Assembly: GCA_034411635.1 (NCBI GenBank)
Contig: DAOUML010000134.1
Span: forward strand, 14,649 to 78,648
Length of the DNA: 64,000 nucleotides
Direction of reading: 5' to 3'
DNA from: Anaerolineales bacterium
Lineage (GTDB): Bacteria > Chloroflexota > Anaerolineae > Anaerolineales > Villigracilaceae
The number at the start of each line of letters is the position of its first letter. The first letter of the stretch is position 1. The position numbers and the translations under genes are program-made. The notes beneath the pieces were generated by a model that had not been told where the DNA came from, searched no databases, and saw only the letters and a list, made by a program, of their open reading frames with translations. Positions 61,276 to 64,000 of this stretch are shown here, one piece after another.

Positions 61276-62517
61276 CTAATCCGTTTGATGGCGTCTGTCG
61301 TTGCCCTTCATTGCGTTTAACAAAGAATCCAACTTCTCGGCCATCGCTTCGCGGCTGAAATGCGCTTCAAGATAGGCTCGCCCGGCCAACCCCATTTGCA
61401 AAGATAGGCTGGGATCAGCGGCCAGTTTTCGCGCCGCCTCGGCCAGCGCCGCCGGGTCGCCGGGTTGCGCAAACAAGCCGCAGCCCGCTGCCTCAACCAC
61501 CTCGCGGATGACACCGTCAATTGCCAGCAGCACGGGGCGGCCAGCGGCCATATAATCAAAAACCTTGTTCGGGTAAGTGGTTTTGTATTCATCAAGCGGC
61601 TTCAGAATCGCGAGGCAGGCATCGGCTCCGGCCAGGGCGGCAGCCATCTCATTTTTTGGCACGGGCGGCAGAAATATTACATTTTTTATGCTCATTCTTT
61701 TCGCGTAGTCAATAAGATTGTCCTTCTCTTTGCCATCTCCCAGCAAGACAAATTGAATCTTCTGATTTGCTTCCAGCAGTCTGGCGGTTTGCAGAACCAC
61801 TGTCAGGTCATTTGAGATGCCGTGCGCGCCGGCGTATAGCACCACAAATTTATTTTTGAGCGCATGTTTTTGGCGAAACACCTGCCCGTTGTCAAGCGGG
61901 GTGAACATTTCGGGGTCTGCGCCGTTGGGAATTAGTTCAACCCGCCGCGCTCCGCGTTTGCCAACGTGGTCGACGTATGCAGGGCTATTAACCATCATCT
62001 GGTCGGCGCGCCGGTAGAGGAATTTTTCGAGCCAGTATGAGAGTTTAATCAGGATTGGGTTTTTCAATACCCCAACCGCGATGGCGAAATCGGGCCATAA
62101 ATCGCGCACCTCAAACAGGAATCTTGCGCCTTTTAGCCGCGCTAACAACCAGGCTGTTACCCCCTGAAAAATTGGCGGCGAAGTTCCCCAGACCACATCC
62201 ACATTTTTTACGCCCAGACCGATAAAAAAAGAAGAGACCATGAACGAGAAAAAAGCCAGGACACGATGCGCAAACGATTTGTGCAAAGCCTGGTAGGTGT
62301 AGGCGCGCCGGATGCTGATGCCTTCAGCCCCCATCTGGCTTCCCCCATCTTCTACGGAGATAGGGGAAGCGTTTTTACCCGTTAAGTAACTAACCGGCGA
62401 GGCAATCACCGTCACTTTATGGCCTTTGGAAACCAGAAAACGCGCCAGTTCGTGGTGGCGCGTTCCGCCGGGTTCGTTGAGGGCCGCGAAAGCCTGGTGA
62501 ATAAGTAGAATGTGCAT
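61276..62517 (-). CDS. GT4-family (GT-B fold) glycosyltransferase
   Basis: 413 aa. It has MHILLIHQAFAALNEPGGTRH, and a C-terminal lobe with LLGDGKEK and YPNKVFDYMAAGRPVL. It starts 9 nt after topA. Confidence 0.7.
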   Translation of the reverse strand: MHILLIHQAFAALNEPGGTRHHELARFLVSKGHKVTVIASPVSYLTGKNASPISVEDGGSQMGAEGISIRRAYTYQALHKSFAHRVLAFFSFMVSSFFIGLGVKNVDVVWGTSPPIFQGVTAWLLARLKGARFLFEVRDLWPDFAIAVGVLKNPILIKLSYWLEKFLYRRADQMMVNSPAYVDHVGKRGARRVELIPNGADPEMFTPLDNGQVFRQKHALKNKFVVLYAGAHGISNDLTVVLQTARLLEANQKIQFVLLGDGKEKDNLIDYAKRMSIKNVIFLPPVPKNEMAAALAGADACLAILKPLDEYKTTYPNKVFDYMAAGRPVLLAIDGVIREVVEAAGCGLFAQPGDPAALAEAARKLAADPSLSLQMGLAGRAYLEAHFSREAMAEKLDSLLNAMKGNDRRHQTD

Positions 62518-62526
62518 GAGAGCGAG

Positions 62527-64000
62527 TTACTCGCTTACAACCGTATCCAACAGCATACTTTCCTGGCAATCCATGCACTGGGCTTCGCGTTTATTGGCGA
62601 TTACCAGCGTTCCTCCGCAAGCCGGGCAGGGTTGCGCCAGCGGACGTTTCCAGGATGTGAAATCACATTCCGGGTAGGTGTTGCAGCCATAAAAAGTGCG
62701 CCCTTTGCGGGTTTTTCGCTCAACCAATTGACCATTGGCGCATTTTGGACAGGCCACGCCAATTGGTTCCAGCCAGGGTTCGGTGTAGCGGCAATCCGGG
62801 AAACCGGAGCAAGAGATGAATTTTCCAAACCGCCCATAGCGGATGACCAATTCCTTGCCGCAGGTTGGACAATCGCGCCCAATGGGCTCGGGCCCGCTCT
62901 TGGTTTGCGGCATTTCGGCCTGGGCCTTTTTTACCGATTCTGCAAATGGCCCGTAGAACTCGCCCATGACTTTTACCCAATCGGCGTGGCCTTCGGCAAT
63001 TTTATCCAGATCTTCTTCCATGCGGGCGGTGAAGTCGGTGTTGACGATATCGGGGAAGTATTGAGTCATCAGGTCGTTGACCAGCACCCCGGTTTGGGTT
63101 GGTTCGAGACGCTTGTCGATGCGGTTGACGTATCCGCGATCTTGAATGGTGGAAAGGGTGGGGGCGTAGGTTGAAGGGCGGCCAATGCCAAAAGATTCGA
63201 GTGTTTGCACCAGCGAGGCCTCGGAGTAGCGCGGCGGCGGCTGGGTAAAATGCTGTTCGGGCAGCAACCGGATCAGGGTCTGAGCCTGACCTTCGGCAAT
63301 ATCCGCCGGAATGCGCACGTTGTCGTCGTCTTCGTCCCGAATATCTTCGTTTTTGGCTTCTTCGTAGACCACCATAAAACCGGGGAACTTCACCGCCGAG
63401 CCGCCCGCCCGCAGCAAATAGCGGTGGGCGCTCGCGCCGTTTATTTCAACCGAGAGCGTATCATATAGCGCGGCTTCCATCTGCGAGGCCACAAAACGCT
63501 GCCAGATCAGGCGATATAGTTTGAACATGGCCGGGTCGAGATACTGCTTCATTTTCTCCGGGTCACGCATCACGGCACTTGGGCGGATGGCCTCGTGAGC
63601 CTCCTGCGCGCCCGCAGCGCGGGTTTTATATTGTGGCGCGCTTTCGGGCAGGAAGTTGCCGCCATAGCGATTTTCGATGTATGCCCGGGCTTCATTTTGG
63701 GCCACCTGTGAGACATTGGTCGAATCGGTGCGCATGTAGGTAATCAAGCCCGTGTTGCCGCCTTCGCCCACATCCTGGCCTTCATAAAGTCGTTGGGCCA
63801 GGGCCATGGTGCGTTTGGCGGTAAAGCCGAGTTTGCGCGAGGCTTCCTGTTGCAAGGTAGACGTGGTAAACGGCGCAGACGGCTTGCGGCGGCGCTCGCC
63901 GCGTTTGATTTTGCTGATTTCGTAGGCGGCCTTTTCCATATCTATCAGGATGGGGCGGACTTGTGACTCGTTGCCGAATTCGGCTTCTTTCTCGTCTATT
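62527..64000 (-). CDS. topA: DNA topoisomerase I, C-terminal part (5' end lies beyond the window)
   Basis: It has PFTTSTLQQEASRKLGF and ITYMRTDS, plus three C-terminal zinc ribbons (CPTCGKEL..CSGFPDC, CPKC..CNTYPEC, CPAC..CMDC). The reading frame is open through 64000. Confidence 0.9.
   Translation of the reverse strand, partial: IDEKEAEFGNESQVRPILIDMEKAAYEISKIKRGERRRKPSAPFTTSTLQQEASRKLGFTAKRTMALAQRLYEGQDVGEGGNTGLITYMRTDSTNVSQVAQNEARAYIENRYGGNFLPESAPQYKTRAAGAQEAHEAIRPSAVMRDPEKMKQYLDPAMFKLYRLIWQRFVASQMEAALYDTLSVEINGASAHRYLLRAGGSAVKFPGFMVVYEEAKNEDIRDEDDDNVRIPADIAEGQAQTLIRLLPEQHFTQPPPRYSEASLVQTLESFGIGRPSTYAPTLSTIQDRGYVNRIDKRLEPTQTGVLVNDLMTQYFPDIVNTDFTARMEEDLDKIAEGHADWVKVMGEFYGPFAESVKKAQAEMPQTKSGPEPIGRDCPTCGKELVIRYGRFGKFISCSGFPDCRYTEPWLEPIGVACPKCANGQLVERKTRKGRTFYGCNTYPECDFTSWKRPLAQPCPACGGTLVIANKREAQCMDCQESMLLDTVVSE

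Overview
This is a gene-dense bacterial chromosomal segment with no rRNA, tRNA, CRISPR array, transposase or integrase visible by eye. The Thr/Pro-rich linkers, extended -10 promoters, leaderless starts and split bioenergetic operons suggest a Chloroflexota-like organism, but that is a low-confidence guess. GC content looks uneven: roughly AT-rich at 0.3-9 kb and GC-rich at 20.5-24.5 kb. I did not quantify this.

Contents, left to right:
- 1-3.7 kb: a class III cyclase operon that also carries two output-less sensor paralogs.
- 3.9-9.0 kb: a MinD-like ATPase, then a tight operon of TLC-like permease, YkgJ, GNAT, Cache/HAMP sensor and SET.
- 9.1-17.1 kb: ECF sigma, anti-sigma, a 1417-aa modular surface protein, PrsW, a MinD-like ATPase and a Zn-ribbon protein.
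- 19.8-30.3 kb: a nine-gene operon that joins a tandem-cyclase/STAND/TPR protein, three cNMP-binding proteins (GGDEF, PP2C and coil outputs), an RsbW/RsbV-type partner switch and two patatin phospholipases. It has no sigma factor. This is my best candidate for an undescribed system.
- 30.5-36 kb: hutH, sdaA and trmH, with a GT-C glycosyltransferase bracketed by a duplicated hutH 5' end.
- 36-43.8 kb: relA/spoT, then an rpoN / histidine kinase / enhancer-binding protein (EBP) operon. It is preceded by a perfect sigma54 -24/-12 promoter, its EBP has no DNA-binding domain, and its RpoN carries a Zn-ribbon insert.
- 47.7-59.4 kb: a membrane-arm-only complex I cluster (nuoA-H-J-K-L-M-M-N, with two NuoM and a lengthened NuoL), followed by an F0-only ATP synthase operon that ends in a b/delta-C-terminal fusion.
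- 59.5-64 kb: murE, a GT4 glycosyltransferase and the 3' part of topA.

All domain calls come from reading motifs in the supplied translations. No database search was run.
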